Assembly: GCA_050575255.1 (NCBI GenBank)
Contig: JBNZDD010013730.1
Span: 4,455,316-4,519,315, forward strand
Source: Harriotta raleighana
Taxonomy: Eukaryota
Length of the DNA: 64,000 nucleotides
Direction: 5' to 3'
Below are positions 12,800 through 25,660 of this stretch, piece by piece (the stretch's first letter is position 1; each line of letters starts with the position of its first letter). The translations under genes were made by a program, and so were the position numbers. Under the pieces are notes generated by a model. The model did not search any database, was not told the DNA's origin, and saw only the letters and a list, made by a program, of their open reading frames with translations.

Positions 12800-13520
12800 T
12801 GCCAGAGATATAGGATTATAACATAGTTTTAAATGCTTTCAAGTTGGCAGCAAATCAACCACAGAAGATATTTCAAGCAATATTTTTCCGAGTACGTACT
12901 TTGATTTGGGGCATTTGCTCAATTGTCATTTGTCTGAAGAGTGGCAGAACCAATCACGATATGAAGTATGAGTAAGCACTTTAGTCTTCGCCCTTGGTGA
13001 TGGAAACCAAGAGCATCCAGTCAATTGGTCTTTCACTCAGGATACTCTAACTCCAAATTCATCAAACCCCATCAGGTGACTGATGTTAATGCACGAGTCA
13101 ACAACAAACTCCCTGTTCACATAATCTTGCTGATCAATGGTGAACTATTCCAAAGTCACTGCAAGTTGGCTGAACTAACTTTGCAAGTGCTTAGATGGGC
13201 CAAGAAATGCAATACCCTTTTGTATTTCATTCTATAGAGGCAACATTTTTTTTTACTTGAAGTCCTTCAACGTAAAATTGTTTCACTTGTTTGAAGAAAT
13301 AGTTGCATGCATTAGAAGCACCTTGGAAGTTTTCCGTTTCCATTTTGGCTTTGAATCCCACAAACGTGTCTTTGTTGCCTTTCCGAGCATCTTCAATGTG
13401 ATTTTCAAAGCAAAGAATCTCATTCTTGGACTTTCCAGACAACATGTCACGATTGACCAGCTTTTGCAACTACATCTTTGTGCAGCTTTGAGTTCTGGAT
13501 ACAAAATGTGAGTCAAGCGC
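12800..13520 (-). mobile_element. Possible decayed DNA-transposase (hAT-like) fragment
   Basis: Minus ORF 13227-13469 (KLVNRDML..DTFVGFKAK..FFKQVKQFYVEGL..KK) continues after a frameshift as NEIQKGIAFLGP. It resembles fish hAT/ZNF862-like transposase segments from memory only. Confidence 0.35.
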
Positions 13521-13573
13521 ATCACAGAGTGCAGTGAGATTGGTAGCTGAGCTCCTAAGAATAAGAGGTAGTT

Positions 13574-13983
13574 ATAATAATAATCTTTGCATTCAAAATA
13601 GCGCTTTATCACATAATTGAGATGCCTCAAAGCACTTCACAGGATATATGATAGAGTGGATTGGCTATACAACAACAATAATAATCCTTGCATTTGATAT
13701 AGTGCTTTTCAAGACTCACATCTCAAAGCGCTCCACAGAATATACTGTAAAATGAATTGACTGTACATATGTGGGCAAAACGCTACAAACAATTGAGCAC
13801 AGCAATGTCCCATGGTTTGGTGATAAATGATCAATTTATTATTATTGTTTTTTTTGAGGGAATATTATTATTAGGTATATAGAGTAAGGAAACTTGCCCA
13901 AGGTTTCACCCTGCCTGGAATTGAACCCGGATCTCTCGCTTGTAAAGCAAGTGCTCTAACCACTGAGCCTACAGGATTCTACA
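13574..13983 (-). mobile_element. Full-length tRNA-SINE (13676-13983) preceded by a second tail fragment (13574-13670)
   Basis: Reverse complement of head (ctaaccactgagcctacaggattctaca; aattgaacccggatctctcgc), Deu part, and (TTA)n tail. Confidence 0.85.
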
Positions 13984-14019
13984 ATATTTTGTAAGCGAAT
14001 ATGTTTTGTATGCAAACTG

Positions 14020-14181
14020 AGGCAGCCAGTTGCACACAGGAAAGTCCCCAAAACTGAGACAGAGTGAATGACCGATTGTTAACCAGAACACTGGGAGAAC
14101 TTCCCTTTTCTTTTCGAACAGTATCATGGAATGTTTGACATCCACCTGGAGAGGCAGGTGGGACCTCAGTTTAATGTCTCA
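14020..14181 (-). mobile_element. Older DeuSINE (AmnSINE/SacSINE-like) central domain
   Basis: ccagaacactgggagaacttcccttttcttttcgaacagtatcatggaatgtttgacatccacctg...ggacctcagtttaatgtctca. Confidence 0.7.
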
Positions 14182-14519
14182 AGTATTGCTAAGTGGTTTA
14201 TAAGGAAGCATTGCTAAGACTCCAAATCGAAAGAGAGCTGCTCAAAGACACTTGCGTTGGCGTTGATCATTCTATAGACCGAACCTTCAGCTTTCTCCAC
14301 CTTTATAGCTCAAAGCTTTCACCAGAAAAGGATAAAATGCTATTCTTGGGTGTTGGGTAGGAGCTTGTGCAAGGTTTTGTGTGCACTTGTGTACAAAGTC
14401 ATACGAATGCGTTTTGTATTAGAAACTCTGAGAATATTCTGAATCTTTATACGTCTGATAATAATTCATCATCTGTGCTTTTGAAAAATATTGCAAATGA
14501 AGCTGCTAGCCTGGCAACA

Positions 14520-14660
14520 CAGGAAAAAACAAGAGCTGAATGAGACCATTCAGCCCACTGAGCCATTTCCACCAGTTCATTAGATTTTGGCGGATCTTTT
14601 AATCCCAATGCCTGGCTATAGTTTTCGTGCTTCCCAATTTCAATGTACATTTTGCTTCAT
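14520..14660 (-). mobile_element. CR1-like 3' tail fragment
   Basis: gagaccattcagcccactgagcc, the typical antisense CR1 3' stem-loop. Confidence 0.5.
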
Positions 14661-15939
14661 TTACCTGCAAGAGCTTAATTGGCAATCAATCAATCAAAAT
14701 TACATTTGTATAGCGCCTTTGTCGTTGGGAGGATGCAAATAAACAATGTGCATCGATATATTCCTAAACTTTGTTTGACAGGGTGGAATTTTTAGGAACT
14801 GTTAGTCACTTAAATTGAAAGGAACAAGTTAGACACTTAAAACACAATACTTGTTTTGGGATATTATATTTTGAAAAGATAAAAGTGCTTAAGGCAATTT
14901 GATTGTTTGCAGATTTTTTGAAAAATCAAATAAATTCCATTACACATCTCTTTAAGTGGTCTCCTAATGCTACATTTCCAAGGTTCCTGTTGAAATATTC
15001 CTGTTAAACGATTTCTCGGGTATGACCTTTATAATGTGCACCCAACAGAGAAAAATTGTATTTAATCCATTGCTGACAGATGTTTAAGTAGTTAGTCTAA
15101 CCCAGTTATAGGGTTTGAAAATCACTCCTCAGGAAAGCAGTAATATTAACTGGGATTTCACTGCCAGAGGAAACACCTCCCGACGTTTATTTAAAAAATC
15201 AATTCTGGATCTCACAGCCTCTCCTGATGTGATGTCAAGCCAGGCTTGAGGTGTTCACACATCAGTACGACATATTTCCGTATTCTTTAATTCAAAAATC
15301 TGATTTTAGATTCTGTTGTTGGCCTGTACATTTACGAAATTTACCTGCATGTCTGGAAAGCTGGGCAGAAAACCCAGAACCTCAAAGAGTTAAGCCATAC
15401 TCTAGCTTGTGACTGTGGGGTTTTTAATGTCACGAGAGTTCGTCGGGAATACTCCAAGCTTGCCTTAAATGTCAACTGGACAATGATTTGGATTGTTTTG
15501 GAAACAAATAGCAGAAGTACTAGCCAGTACATTTTATACATTCAAAGGTCGCTCCAGGCTATTTCTATGGGCGGAGACAGTTCATAGTAACTGAGGAGTT
15601 CTGTAAGGCAACACTCAAGGCTTGTACAAATGAATGGCCGGGCACCTTTAATGGACTTGGAACATTTTTTCCACCCACACCCCCAAAGGTCATCTGTATA
15701 ATACTCACTGCTTTCGTACACGTGTATGATGTCGCAGAATGTCAGCATTCATTAGCAATTATAAGGACCCCATGCTTTTCACTCGCGTAGTTCTTAGGTT
15801 CCATCAGCTGTTTGCATTGACACCACTCTCAGACAACACAACAGCAGCGGGTCAAGTCAAGGGCAGAGTTCAAGAATGTGGCATCAGTTCTCTACTCCCA
15901 AATCCAGCAATATCAAGAACATTTTGTGAAGTTCCTACA

Positions 15940-16049
15940 CACTAAGCCCAAGATGAAATGGGCTAACTCATCGCAGAGTGGTGTAGAAACTGTTCGTCTC
16001 AGCTCCAAGTGGAGCAATAGCTTTACCAACTGAGCCACCAGAGGAGCTG
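15940..16049 (-). mobile_element. Old tRNA-like SINE head (LF-SINE-like)
   Basis: Minus strand reads gctcctctggtggctcagttggtaaagc (box A-like). Confidence 0.45.
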
Positions 16050-16415
16050 AGTATATAAATGATCGAATGATGAAATCATTAAAATGAGCCCACGAGATTG
16101 TCAATCATTTTAAGTTAACCTGACATTGTTCTCCCTACAGATTTCTGCTACGTACCTCCCCCAAACTATTCTGCTGCTTTGAGCAAATGGGATGCATGGT
16201 GTACAGATGTTACTGTCTTGTATTAATACTGTAGGAGATGTTCAATTAGCAAACACAGCCTGAAAAGCTGAATTACTGTCAGATTTACATATGAGCTAGA
16301 CCGAGATCCAAAGTTTCTCTGGGTTGGTGTATTATTAGTTAATATGGTCTTGCTGGAGAAAGACAATGATGCAATGCTGTTACTCAGTGAAAACTCTCTG
16401 TTCTCATTTCTCTAG

Positions 16416-16469
16416 GGGATGTCAGGACCGCATGGGAATCCAGGATTGCCAGGATTCCCTGGCCCAAAG
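16416..16469 (+). CDS. COL24A1: COL24A1 54-nt exon GMSGPHGNPGLPGFPGPK
   Basis: catttctctag| ... AAG|gtatgt; perfect Gly-X-Y. Confidence 0.95.
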
Positions 16470-17264
16470 GTATGTTTGACTTCCAAGCAATTAATCTGTG
16501 TCACTAACCGATCCTGGTTCCATATGTAGGCAATCTTTGAAGTATTCAAGCAGTCCTTGGCCATTAAATCATTATCTGCTTTGATTGTCTAGGCCATATG
16601 TGAATTAAATGTGAGACGTCACCATTGAACACTGTCCTCCTCAGATATTATTGCTAAACCCACGAGAGAAATGAAAGTAAACAAACTGACCAAAATATAC
16701 AAAAGCTTGCAATTACTTTATACAAAATTGTAAAATTAAGCAATAGGTTTGAACGAATTGTACACTGCAAGGCAAAAATCCTTATTTCTATTCATCGGTG
16801 TGTTTTGTTATGTAATACTGTATATTACATTATTATCAGTGAAACCTAATTCTCTCTGTGAAAATTGGCATTGCCTTGAAATTGTTGATTTCTTATCAAA
16901 CATATTGTACAAATTTATACAGAAAGAGTTGTATTAGTAATCACCATTTGTACAATAGTTTCTCTGCCAATTGGAATCATTTTGATATAATTGAACTGTT
17001 ACAATTACATTTTGCAATTGATATAGCTCGTCAGGGGTATACTGAAAAGTGCTTCACATGGTTAACATGGAGCCTGAGCTCAGCAATTGAGTGGGGGAGG
17101 AGGTTGAAGTGGCCAAAACCGCAGTTACTATCGTTGCAAACATTTTGAATGATGAAGTCCATCAAAGTAAATTAACGTTTACTGAAAATGTTCCTCATGG
17201 TCATTTTGCAGAGCAGAATTCTGAGCCCAAACTGTAAGCTTTCTTAAGGGAAGAATAGTGAGAG

Positions 17265-17519
17265 CACAGCTTGTCCTCACTCTATTGTAAATTGACTATA
17301 GTTGTGGGTGAAACATGGCTGCCAATTGTGCACATCTGTGTTCCACAAACAGTTGTGGATTGAGTGACCAATTTATCAGTGATTTTTTTTTCATGAGAGG
17401 ATTATTATCAGACGTCTGGTAGAAGGAAACTTGCCCAAGATTTTGCCCGGCCTGGAATCGAACCTAGGTCTCTTGCTTGTGAAGAGAGCGCTCTAACCAC
17501 TGAGCTACAGGATTCCACA
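17265..17519 (-). mobile_element. tRNA-SINE (head plus Deu part)
   Basis: ggaatcgaacctaggtctcttgc...gctctaaccactgagctacaggattccaca; ggctgccaattgtgcaca. Confidence 0.8.
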
Positions 17520-17652
17520 ATACCGGACATTTATTCTTTACATGACTCACATCAAATTGATGTTTCAAATAATTTGCCTTGCCCAACTGAATCCCAATAG
17601 TTCCTTTGGAGTATTGCTTTAATTTTATACAGTACCTTACAATGGAATGATT

Positions 17653-17730
17653 TAATAATAATATATAATAATAATCCTTACATTTATATAGCGCTTTCCA
17701 CATCTTATCGACGTCTCAAAGCGCTTAGAG
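17653..17730 (-). mobile_element. SINE/L2 3' tail
   Basis: aataataatccttacatttatatagcgctttccacatcttatcgacgtctcaaagcgctt. Confidence 0.75.
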
Positions 17731-20468
17731 CAGGGGGTGGGGGGTGGGATTAGGGGAAGGAAAGTAGGAAAATTGACTATTGAAAAATACTTTGAATGTA
17801 TTTTCGACAAAGGAGCAGCCGTTTGCAGGTTCTGAGCACTGCAGAGGATGTGCATGTTTACTGCCAGATAATGTGTGACAGCAAAAGTGCTTTTATGGAA
17901 ATTTAGTTAAATAACCCACTAGTCAAGCTTCACAAATTCTGCTGAACTCTGAGCTGAACCTAACATGCCATAAAAATGCTCCTTTCACTTCTTTCCGCAC
18001 ATGAGACTTGGAAGCATTTGCGAAATGTATTTTCTTGTGGTACTGGATTGGTTTGGTAGATGGCCACAATACATGGAACAACTATTTACGCTACATGGCA
18101 TCAACTGTATTTTGTAATGTTATTCTGAGAAGGCTGGTAAGTTGTTCACCAGAATTAAATGAAAATCCTCAAGAGCGCTATCCACTCTCACTTTTATACA
18201 GCACTTTTAAAGTTATTTTAGTTGTTCACATCATCGTAAAAATCCACCAAGTATGTTTTTTTATGAACGCTCCCTAATTTATACACATGTTCTTGATATG
18301 GACAAGCTTAAATTTTACTTTAGATTGTAACTTCACCTATGGCTTCACTTTACAGTTCCTGACATTTCACCCTTGGTGTGATCAACATGATGTTTCTGGT
18401 ATCCTACTTTTGTCTTGAGAGCAATTTAAAATCTTTACCTCTGTGCCTGAGGGCAATTGTTCTGGTCCCATCTGTTTCACTGTTAAATGCTACACAAGGC
18501 GTTTGATCGTAATGTTGGCGTTTTTCTCTTTTTTTTAAAACAAATTGCACGATCTGGACATTTCACTATCATCTTTACAATGTTTCATTGAATTGGGTTG
18601 AAATTCTTGGTTTGATTTGGGCCAAGAGTGTGTGTAACCTTTTATCCATGCCAACCGGTTACTAAAATGGTAAATGCACCTGGTGCCTGTCTTACTTGTC
18701 TGTACTGCTCAGACATGACCAGATTTACCACAAGTCAACATCCAAATGACAGCATCTAGCAACATGTCAGACTGAATAACCTTCGTCAATCCTGAAATAC
18801 CGCTTTGTTGATGCTGTCATTGAAGGCAATTGAATTGGGTGAAATAGACATACTTGGGTTTTATTTAGGGCAGTTTTCGCACGGTCAGTGTGCAGCAGAT
18901 CGGATGAAAGCTGGTGGTCTTAGCTAAACTATTTCCTTCACAGGTTTATTCTGAAAACGTCAATTTTCTGTCCACTTTTTCTGTTTTGTTTCTGCTCCAT
19001 CCACTGTCCACCTTGAAAGGTAGAAGCACCTGTTTAAAAATGTATTTTTATTACTCTATTTTCTTGACAAGTGGCTTTGTTGGAAAGTTTGGCAGCAAAA
19101 GGAAAAGAAGCGAGCCTTGAATTAGGGTTGGAATTTGAGCAAGAAGTACTACAAGAGTGGGAGGAATGAGTGTTTATATGACCAGGTCTACATGGCCACC
19201 AATAGTGAGGAGTATATATTCTCTCTACTATTTTTCTGATTGATTGTCCATGGATTATCTTTGAACAAGAAAATAGTGCAAGCAAATGGCAATGTCAGTG
19301 GGAGAGGGCTGATGAAGATTACAAGTGATCAACAGTGTACAACTGCAAAGCTACAAATATATAGGAATGAGAATGTGTCGATCAGCTGTCCCTATTTCCG
19401 TTTGTGATTAGTTAGTGATGTGTATATATAAACCTGTTTTTCAATTTAGTTATAAATAGTTTAATTATCCCAGTGAATTCAGCTTCTCATGTTAGTTTAT
19501 AAGTGTATCTATACAAGTGTAGCCTTAAACCATACGTCCGAGAACCAGCTGTCTATTTGTATTTATAAGAGAAGGGTATTGAACTGTAGCTAGTATTTGT
19601 GCTACTGGAATAGATTCCTTCTCTTCAGCATCCTTTGCAAACTGGCAAATTCATGCAATCCCTAGATATGATATTTCAAAGGCATAAAAAATCAGATTTT
19701 TGATCAAAACTTACAAGGGACTTGTTCTCAGCACATTCACGGACACATCCCATAAGTTACACAAGTGGAGACGAGGCTGTAGCTAGTGCGAATGTATTTG
19801 ATACATGGCTTTTATGTTGGCAGGACATTTCAAAGTGCTTCACGGGATTTACTGTAAAACATAGTGACTGCTGCATTTAGGAAATGAGAACAGTACAAAT
19901 ATCTGTCTTTCTCTTACCTACTCAATCTCCCTCCCCGTTCACATCTCTCACTCTTGTCAGGCTCCAATTTACCATATCTTTAGAGACAAGAGACTTCTTG
20001 ATGTTACAGACCTTGTGTTTTGCACTAGCAGGGAGTTTAGGAGATTTCTTTTTAAGAACGCACCTTCAGTTTACTGCAACATATCAAGTTTATTTCGTGA
20101 GACTCTCGTCTGGAAAGGTAGGCCAGTACAAATTTTCCAAAATAAGGATTTAATTTCATGTTGCCTCACTTTAACAATTTAAGAAAAACTCTGTGTAAAT
20201 GGCTAAAAGCCACCACTATTTTCACCCCTTAAAACAAAATAATAATTGGTTATAGTTCATGCAGCATATTTTGAGTGAGTACATACAATGTGTAATCCTA
20301 TCTGTTAGCAGATTGATGATTGGAGCTAGATAAGTTTCTTAGAACAATTGCTGAATTAAGAACATTGTCAAATCAATATTGCAGTGTAGCAACTGATTTA
20401 GAGAAGATTCATCATCTGGTTAATTCATTGGAAATAAATTAATTCTACCAGGAAAGGGATTATTTCTC

Positions 20469-20791
20469 TCAAATTGAATTCTACCTTAAAACATTAAACT
20501 CTGCTCCTAGATCTTCAGCAATATTGAACGTGTGAATTGTGCAGCCCCAAAACATTTGACTGGTCTCACTCTGTGTTGCAACATACACAAACACGAGTTA
20601 TCAAAGAAAAAAAGTGCCCCGGTATTATTAANTCAAATTGAATTCTACCTTAAAACATTAAACTCTGCTCCTAGATCTTCAGCAATATTGAACGTGTGAA
20701 TTGTGCAGCCCCAAAACATTTGACTGGTCTCACTCTGTGTTGCAACATACACAAACACGAGTTATCAAAGAAAAAAAGTGCCCCGGTATTA
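20469..20791. repeat. About 160-bp duplication around a single n (20632); likely assembly artefact
   Basis: tcaaattgaattctacc...gtgccccggtatta occurs twice. Confidence 0.85.
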
Positions 20792-21861
20792 GCTTCGCTT
20801 GATTCACCATGTCATCAAATAGGAGATCTAAGAATCTAGTTCGGGGGAAATTCGAGGGGAAAAATGATGGAAAATGCATGAAATGTGTTGATAAAGTATT
20901 GTGGGTCAATATTTTGGAGTTAAATCCTTAGGCATTCTGTCAGTGAGAGGCTTAGCAATAATCTAATCAAAAATGTACCTGCTTCCACTGAAATAATGGA
21001 ATCCAGTTTAGTTCCACTCTTCGCTGCTGCAAAATCTCAATGATCTTTTATTTGAGTAGAATTTCAATTTTCATCAACAGCTTTATGCCCTGATGATCGG
21101 ATGCACATTGGATCAATGTGTTCCAATCAGCAGAACCTTAGTTGAATGTGTTCCAGCGTTTCTTTGGTGGTTTTGTTTCTGCATGAATATACAAAGAGGA
21201 ACATGGCGTTTAAGCATTCTACTTTTGTCGTACACTTTTGTCACTTTGACCCTGAAGGTGCGGCATGAGTCATTTCACACCCGCAGTCTCGCATTAATGG
21301 TGATTTCAGCTACAGAACACTTGATAAAATGGCTGAAATTTGGGGCATTGTGTTGCAAAGCATTTTGTGCCTTAATGTTATTGTGCAGGCCAAAGCAAGA
21401 GTGTGCACATGTGGATAGATTGGTGAATCTATTCCAACTAAGAGATGGAATTGTGGAGGATAATTCTGATTTAATCATGCATAGAGATCCCTCAGGTATT
21501 AAAGGGCATTAAACTGTTACAGAGTTGGATTCCTGTTGTGTGACTATAGAAAGAAGGAACATAAAGGGAAATACAGTGAAACTTTGAAGTACAGTAAACA
21601 GAACAAGTAAAATGTATGTATATATCTTTTAATTTTGTTTTTCTTTGTAATTGTTCATTTTCTTTTTCTGTTCCTTTGACTGAATGCACTTGATTTGCTC
21701 TTTTAATCTACCCTATCTCTTGGTTGTTCTCTCTTGTTGGCTTTTATTTATTTCTGTTTCACTGCCTTTGCTAGTTTTTTTTTCCCCCCTTTACTGTCTT
21801 CTCCCATAGAAGGTACAGAACTTTACCGAGTCCTCCAGTAACTTCACATATAACTGTTCTT

Positions 21862-22010
21862 CATATGTGAGCTTCAGGCAGTGAGTCTTAATCAACCCAT
21901 GGGAGGCAGCTGAACTTAATTCTGTTCTCACCTAAGCGTAGACATTATCCAGGAGATGTCACTGGATATCAATCAGGAGCAGAACCTAAGTTGATTAATT
22001 CCCCCTCCCC
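21862..22010 (-). mobile_element. LF-SINE-like relic
   Basis: gtcactggatatcaatcaggagcagaacc...gattaattccccctccc matches the antisense LF-SINE core as recalled. Related pieces lie at 35788 and 49757. Confidence 0.6.
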
Positions 22011-22121
22011 ACAGGTGTGATCATCTGGCCCAGTGTGGTTTCTTTGCTGCTTCTCTCCCATTTCACACAAAACTTCCAAGTCCATTTCATGTTGGTTCTG
22101 GCTGCAGTCGGCAGAACAATT

Positions 22122-22285
22122 ATGGTCAGCGAGATTCCCCCACACTCCCTCTCATTCTTGACTGCTGCTTTGAAATGACAGGATGGATAGCGATGTGGAT
22201 AGCCTNATGGTCAGCGAGATTCCCCCACACTCCCTCTCATTCTTGACTGCTGCTTTGAAATGACAGGATGGATAGCGATGTGGAA
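22122..22285. repeat. About 80-bp duplication around a single n (22206)
   Basis: atggtcagcgagattccc...gcgatgtgga occurs twice. Confidence 0.85.
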
Positions 22286-24023
22286 TAGTACCATTTGCCA
22301 TTGTCCTGTGTACGTGGATTCAAATCGGGGGCCTCATTAAATACTACAATCTGGGAGTGCTGGCATGCTAAGTGGGGATTCTTTTTCCAGCTGTCAACCA
22401 TTTAACTTGTAAACAAATAATTACTTTTTTTTTATTTATGGTTAAATATGCTTTCCTGGAATTGCTTCAAATGCTTAATTGTGATAGCTACGTTTCTTTT
22501 CCAAGATATTTTTCAAAACACCCTTGCCTAATTTGTAAGAGGCCCATGTGGGGAATAAATAGGGCTTCTGTTTTTCATTATTAATTACTTCTGTTTTTCA
22601 CGATTCACTTTTTGCAATTTGGGGGGTTTTCCGTCGACGTCCCAAAATCTGGGTTTTTGACGTCTTTTGCTTTTTCTATACTGCAATGAGAAGATTTTTT
22701 CCAGGTTTGCTTCTGCAGATGTGCCAGAAGGGAGAGAGAGTCTCCCTCCTTTCACATACACTCCCTTCACACAGTGAGGTGGAGAGCAAGAGTAAGATAT
22801 GTGCATTTGGCACAGCAGGATAACTGCTGAGAATAAGAGAGAGAGAGAAAAAAAAGCTCTTTGAGCAACCATTTCCGGGTGTTAATGGACAAACACCGAT
22901 TTTGTTTTGTTTTTGTACTGGAAGTATTTTATGAGTATTTTTCTGTTGAAACTGAAAATCAGAAGCCCTGGATATAAGTTTCACGTCTGCCCCAAAACCA
23001 TATTTTGCATAATGCACAATAGACCTTCATTACTTGTCATGTACATTCTGAGTTCATAGATGTTCAAGTTTAAATGAAGTATTTTAAAATGGAAGATAAA
23101 TTTCACACATGTGAACAATACAACAGTGGTTACAGTGGTTGCACATGGTTTAGACGTAACGCGCAATGAACTTTATTGACTGGATATTTCCATTGTATGA
23201 AATTGGTTATCACGCTAAAATCAACCTTCTGTGGTAGTTTGGTTCCTCATCTGAATGCTCCAGAGCACTACTTGTGACAGACCTGCCAAGCTGGTTTATT
23301 AGCAGGATTTCAAGAAGAAGACTAGGTACAGGGTTTCTTCCCACTTTGCTCCTGTTAACTTTATCCTGAAGCCCTAATGGGTAGGGTGATCTGAGCTCAA
23401 CAAACAGTGGGGAACTTGGCAGGCAGTGCTCTAAACGGCAAGGTTTTTAGCTGGTTAAAATTCAGCTGTACCCAAAACACACACCATAAGATCCCCACAC
23501 CTTGACTTTTGCCAACCTGTGTCATATGGTTGGAATCAGGTAAGTCAGGTCGAACCTTCGAGTAAGAGAGTTTCAGTTCATACAATTCCAGACACAGGGC
23601 GGTTTCCCTGTGTAGGTGGCAAATATATGTGGAACTCTCAGTATTGTTTAGCTACCCTTAAACTGGTTTATGCATGTGTCAGACACTTGCTGATCAAAAC
23701 AAAAAAAAATCTTTCTACTTGTGAAGCTGACTAAAATTCACTTGTAAAATACATGCAGGAATTACACCCAGTGCTCCCAATAAATACTGTCCTAAATGTT
23801 TAACCAATACGACTGTATTTATTAGTTAACAAGTGCAATTCTGTAGAGTTTAATAACTGCATTATATTTCTTCCAATTATTGAGGGAAGGTACTGTCGAG
23901 TACTGTTTTGGATGAACCATGCTGTTTAGAATTGTTTTTAAATCATGGAGAGTTTGATGATCTCTCTCTCTCTTGACTATATTCTGTTGATTACATGTGG
24001 TGCATGCATAATTCCTACATTAG

Positions 24024-24077
24024 GGTTCAAAAGGAGATCCAGGCTTAACGCCTAGTAAAGCACCACCAGGAGAAAAG
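24024..24077 (+). CDS. COL24A1: COL24A1 54-nt hinge exon GSKGDPGLTPSKAPPGEK (interruption between minor and major helix)
   Basis: cctacattag| ... AAG|gtaaat. Two non-Gly triplets (PSK, APP) fall where mammalian COL24A1 also has an interruption (recalled as GDPGFSPGPVPRGEK). Confidence 0.92.
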
Positions 24078-24156
24078 GTAAATCGAACTGGGAAGTCATC
24101 CCCCTCATCACTGTATGTTTCACTCACAGTCCTGTGTGCTAAACTGTCTTTGCTGC

Positions 24157-24189
24157 CATTCATTCATTCATTCATTCATTCATTCATTC
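24157..24189 (+). repeat. (CATT)8 microsatellite / YCAY cluster
   Basis: cattcattcattcattcattcattcattcattc. Confidence 0.9.
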
Positions 24190-25112
24190 CCATCACTGGC
24201 ACACTTCTGCATGGTTCACCATTATAATGGCTGTTACCTCTTCGGAGGAATAGCTGTGAAGGAGGCTGCTCACCATGGACAGAATGCATGAGAGCGTGGG
24301 GTGAGGTATATTCTTTCTGGTGCGCAATGCATGTGATCAATGTTGGTTCAGTGTTTTTGTGCTCCGTCTCTGCGTTTCATCTTGTGTTTTTTTACATTGA
24401 TGTGAATTTCCATAACAGTCACCGCAATCCATCAGTTTGATTGTCTTTTATTGCATGCGGTGTTGGATCCTATTTGTTATCATTTGAATAAGGATGAGCT
24501 TATTTGAGAGAAACACTTCCACTTTTAAAATCGGCCCAGTGGTCCCAATTCACAGCCACAATTAAGTGTAATTCAAGGAGCCAGCTGTTGGCAACTCCTA
24601 AACGCTCTGTGCTGCACTGAATGGGTACTGAAGTTTCCATTCTTGGCTGAGATGCACAATCCAATGTATGTCTAATGCTCGTATTCCACCCTCCTCTATT
24701 CTAATGGACAAATTGACAGCTTTGGCAGCGTTTTCCTGTACAGAAGATTTTTTAAATACAAGGAATGCTGGCTCATCTTCACCACAATATCACTGATATT
24801 GAAGACCATATTATGATCTGAACCATAATTAAGCATTGGCATCAGTTGAACCCAACTGCCCAAGTCACATGAGTGCAGAAAGTATCATTGGGAGAGGGAA
24901 AGAAGAAGAAAGCTCTCAAGTAAGCTCACCAGGGAATGTATATGTGACTGCAGTGATGTTTTAGAAATTTCAAATGAAAATTGTACAAAAGTCAAATTTA
25001 TCTAATATTTTCCATGAACCAGACATTATTTTACCGGTAATGGCTACTGGCATGTAACAATACATGAGCTAATCCTGAAGAATTCAGAACTGTTCACAGG
25101 AAACTTGGCATC

Positions 25113-25215
25113 ATAATAGTCATCCTTGCATTTGATATGGTGACTTATCACACTTTTGAGACATCTCAAAGAGCTTCACAGAATATACTGTAAAATGACT
25201 GTGTGTTTTGTGAGC
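25113..25215 (-). mobile_element. SINE 3' fragment
   Basis: catccttgcatttgatat...gagacatctcaaagagcttcacagaatatactgtaaa. Confidence 0.7.
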
Positions 25216-25660
25216 GTTGGAGTATTTACCTCAACTTTTTCTTCCTTTTTTATTCTTAAAAATATTTAATTGCGCTATATATTCGAACTGAAAATTGTTT
25301 GAATGTGGGTATGTTTTTTGTAAAAAAAATCTTGTGGCAGAGAAAACTATGAAAATATATCCATAACAAAATATTATCCAACTTGTCACAAGCTCAGTGT
25401 TAATTTCAAGACGTAGCTAATGAATCACTGAAGCCCACACAGAACGTTTGCGAGCAAAATCTGTCACTCCAGTTTCATCCTGCTATTTTTCAACTGGCAG
25501 GAATATTTTGAAGAATGTCATCAGAGTTATCACTCTGAGAACAAACACTGTCCTGGTCACAAAGCTCAGTCAGGGCTCAGAAGTGTCACTTACTCTGCCA
25601 CCTTCTGCCTGAAATATTGTGTTATTTCCACAGCTGATGTGTCAATGCTTTCCTACACAG

